Of a stretch of 64,000 nt of DNA, positions 60,295-64,000 are shown piece by piece. The number at the start of each line of letters is the position of its first letter. Positions within the stretch are counted from its first letter, which is position 1. The notes beneath the pieces are model-generated. The model ran no database searches, had not been told where the DNA came from, and saw nothing but the letters and a program-made list of their open reading frames with translations. Made by a program: the position numbers and the translations under genes. Location: positions 128,001 through 192,000 of the forward strand of contig JBCCHT010000027.1 in the NCBI GenBank assembly GCA_039028615.1. Direction: 5' to 3'. Origin of the DNA: Myxococcota bacterium. GTDB lineage: Bacteria; Myxococcota_A; Polyangia; Nannocystales; Nannocystaceae.

Positions 60295-61731
60295 TTAGAA
60301 GATGATTCCACAGTTCCGATTGCTCAGTTGATCGATGGGATACGCGAGCACGAAATTGAAACACATCTCGTCATTCGTGCCTTCGCCGAACAGCACCGTC
60401 TCTTCGCCGGGGTTGTCGAAGACACATGTGCTCCTCAGCGTATCTCCCGGGTTCACCGTGATCGGAGCATCGTGCAGGTACATGCCCTGGCTCTCGTAGT
60501 CGAACACGGGGATGTCGGTCACCACTTCGGTGCCGGCGGCAAAGCGCTCGAGCACGGTCCGAAAACCACGCCCCAGCTTGTGCATGTGGGGGCTGCTCGC
60601 GATCAGGTGCATCGGGCCCGGCCACGAGAGGGTGGAGAGGAACCCGCAGGTACCCTTTTCCTCGTGCCCGACCGCTCCGGGCGGAATGGCGAGGCTGGTC
60701 GTGCCCAGGGTGAGGACGCCGGCCGTCTTCGGTCGTGGGTTGGGCGTACTGCAGAAGGCAACGCCGCTGGAGTCGAAGGCATCGGAGTAGTTCGCCGAGT
60801 TGTTGTAGTGAATCTGCAGCAGGTACCAATCGTTCGGCGTGCCCAGCTCCAGGCCCACGTCGGGCGGCAGGATCACGTTCTCGCCCCCCGGGGCCCAGCC
60901 CGCCACGAACTCGGTGGAGATCTGCAGGCCGACGTCGCAGGGGATGACCGAGCCGTCTTGATAATTGCCCGAGTCGGCCCGGTAGAGGATCCAGTGGTGC
61001 ACCACGCGTTGGTCGTCGATGATCGGCGCCCAGGCGGTGGCTTGCTCGCCCGCGGCGAAGGGCGAGCGGAACACGAAGCACTGGTACAGGTTGTCCGCCC
61101 CCTGCTGCGGCACGGCGTAGGGCTGCTGCAACGAGCCATGCGCGTGTGCGGTCATCTGCTGGGTGACCTCGCAGGGGAGGTGCTCGGGGCCCACGTCGAC
61201 ATCGCTGCCGTCGGGGGGAGGCTCGTCCCCGCAGCGTTGTTCCGAGCGCTCGGCCCCTTGGTCGATCCACTCGAGGATCACCGCGGCATCCTCGTCGGTG
61301 ATGTCACCGTCGGGCGGCATCATGCCGACCTCGGCCGTCATGCGCTCGGCCATCAGCTCGTAGACGGGGCGCGTCGGGTCGCTGCCCGCCGGGACCTTGA
61401 GCTCGTCGTAGCGCGTGAGCGGCATCGGGGCGCCGAAGGCCGGCGCGGCGCCATGACACTCGCCGCAGCCGCGCGCCAGCGCATCGCGAACGTCACACGG
61501 CAAGCCGTGGTCGGCCGTGTCCCCGGCCGAATCGGCGCCTCCGGGCTCGTCGGGATCCGGCTCGTCCTCGTCGCCATCGTCCCCCACGGAGCCGCCTTCG
61601 TCTCCGCCCGCGCCCCCGCCCCACGGTCCGCAGCCTCCGAAGGCGGTGCAGCGAGGATCGTCGGGCTCGGCCGCGAGGCAGCCGCCCATCAATCCCGCAA
61701 ACGTCAGTATCAGCAGTCCCCTCAGCCGCAT
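60295..61731 (-). CDS. Type II copper monooxygenase (PHM/DBH-like) lipoprotein with N-terminal cytochrome c domain
   Basis: CGECH; VVHHWILY, PHMH, DEMC. Confidence 0.85.
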   Translation of the reverse strand: MRLRGLLILTFAGLMGGCLAAEPDDPRCTAFGGCGPWGGGAGGDEGGSVGDDGDEDEPDPDEPGGADSAGDTADHGLPCDVRDALARGCGECHGAAPAFGAPMPLTRYDELKVPAGSDPTRPVYELMAERMTAEVGMMPPDGDITDEDAAVILEWIDQGAERSEQRCGDEPPPDGSDVDVGPEHLPCEVTQQMTAHAHGSLQQPYAVPQQGADNLYQCFVFRSPFAAGEQATAWAPIIDDQRVVHHWILYRADSGNYQDGSVIPCDVGLQISTEFVAGWAPGGENVILPPDVGLELGTPNDWYLLQIHYNNSANYSDAFDSSGVAFCSTPNPRPKTAGVLTLGTTSLAIPPGAVGHEEKGTCGFLSTLSWPGPMHLIASSPHMHKLGRGFRTVLERFAAGTEVVTDIPVFDYESQGMYLHDAPITVNPGDTLRSTCVFDNPGEETVLFGEGTNDEMCFNFVLAYPIDQLSNRNCGIIF

Positions 61732-61871
61732 GCCGAAGGACACTGCAATCGACGTGCCTGGGCCACAGCGGCCGGTTCACCGCGAGTTCGGCCGCACAGG
61801 CCGAATGCGGCGAGCAAGTTGCCCAGGTGCTCCCCCGGGCAATTGGGCAACTTGCCCGCGCAACGCAGCGC

Positions 61872-62672
61872 TCAGCGTCCGTTGAAACGGGGGGCCCGCT
61901 TACCCAAGATCGCGTCCACGGCCTCTTTGTGGTCCTCGGTGTTCTGCACCATGCCCTGGAAGCTCGCGGCCAGCTCGAGCGCCGTGTCGATGTCGAGATC
62001 CCAGCTGCGATAGGCGGCGCGCTTGGTCAGCTGCACCGCCAGCGGAGCATTGGCCGCGATCATCCGGGCGCGGGACTTGGCCTCGTCGAGCACGGCCTCG
62101 CGCTCGACCGCCGCGTGCACCAGCCCCATGGACAGCGCCTCGTCGGCCAGCACGATACGACCGGTCAGCACCATCTCGAGCGCGCGGGAGAACCCGATGG
62201 TGCGCGCCAGGAAGTAGGCCCCGCCGTCACCCGGCACCAAGCCGACCTTGACGAAGGTCGAGCCGAGCTTGGCCTCCTTGGCGGCCACCCGAACGTCGCA
62301 CATGCAGGCCAGGTCGAGCCCGGCTCCGATCGCGGCGCCATTGATCGCGGCGACGATCGGCTTGTCGCAGGCGGCCAGCCGCCGCGGCACCCGCTGGATC
62401 CCCTCGATGTACTGCCGACGCAGCGCGACCGGGCCGCCTTCGAACATGCCGCTGCCGTCGCGCATGCGCTTGAGGTCGCCGCCCGCGTGAAACGAGCGCC
62501 CCGCTCCAGTGAGCACGATGCATCGCACCTCGGCGTCGGCCTCCGCCGCATCGAACGCGCGCACCAGGCTCTCGACCATCGCCTCGCTATAGGCGTTGCG
62601 TGCGTCGGGCCGGTCCAGAGTGATGATGGCGAGCTGGTCGTCGCGTTCGTAGCGGAGGTCCTGGAACTCCAT
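61872..62672 (-). CDS. Enoyl-CoA hydratase/isomerase family protein
   Basis: FHAGGDL, AAINGAAIGAG, CDVRVA, GLVPGDGG. Confidence 0.92.
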   Translation of the reverse strand: MEFQDLRYERDDQLAIITLDRPDARNAYSEAMVESLVRAFDAAEADAEVRCIVLTGAGRSFHAGGDLKRMRDGSGMFEGGPVALRRQYIEGIQRVPRRLAACDKPIVAAINGAAIGAGLDLACMCDVRVAAKEAKLGSTFVKVGLVPGDGGAYFLARTIGFSRALEMVLTGRIVLADEALSMGLVHAAVEREAVLDEAKSRARMIAANAPLAVQLTKRAAYRSWDLDIDTALELAASFQGMVQNTEDHKEAVDAILGKRAPRFNGR

Positions 62673-62749
62673 GGCGCGTGCAATACCACGGGTTCGCCCG
62701 TCGGGGCATCGCGGTGGCCAAGCCCACCTGCCCGTGGTCCAATGCCGAC

Positions 62750-64000
<1,251 letters not shown>

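Overview
High-GC bacterial chromosomal window. The gene content (expanded Ser/Thr kinase-TPR family, FHA-sigma54 activator, MYXO-CTERM-like and AgmX-like proteins, Cys-rich lipoproteins) points to a myxobacterium, probably Nannocystaceae-like (inference). The flanks are ordinary: argF, DMT, vWA, peroxiredoxin, triple FKBP, cereblon-like, ArfB, kinases, PPTase, Cu monooxygenase and enoyl-CoA hydratase. The middle (~31-56.5 kb) is accessory and holds two atypical tRNA loci. Locus 1 (+) is tRNA-Asp/tRNA-His. Locus 2 (-) is an 8-element tRNA/tRNA-like array leading into a Ro60/TROVE-like vWA gene and an ARPP-like gene. Both loci are preceded by the same leader architecture: TTGACG promoter, 5' hairpin, a short uORF ending Ile-x-x-Cys-TGA and competing helices over the stop codon. 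The uORF codons mirror the downstream tRNAs, and spacer mini-ORFs carry codons for the next tRNA. The array begins and ends with Ser-anticodon tRNA mimics that lack a variable arm but carry extra long helices (Y-RNA-like candidates). The proposed system is translation-sensing, inducible backup tRNA / RNA repair. A minus-strand polymorphic-toxin-like locus (46-56.5 kb) with ART-like and GT-B-like tips follows. All calls are by eye; no database searches or folding programs were run.
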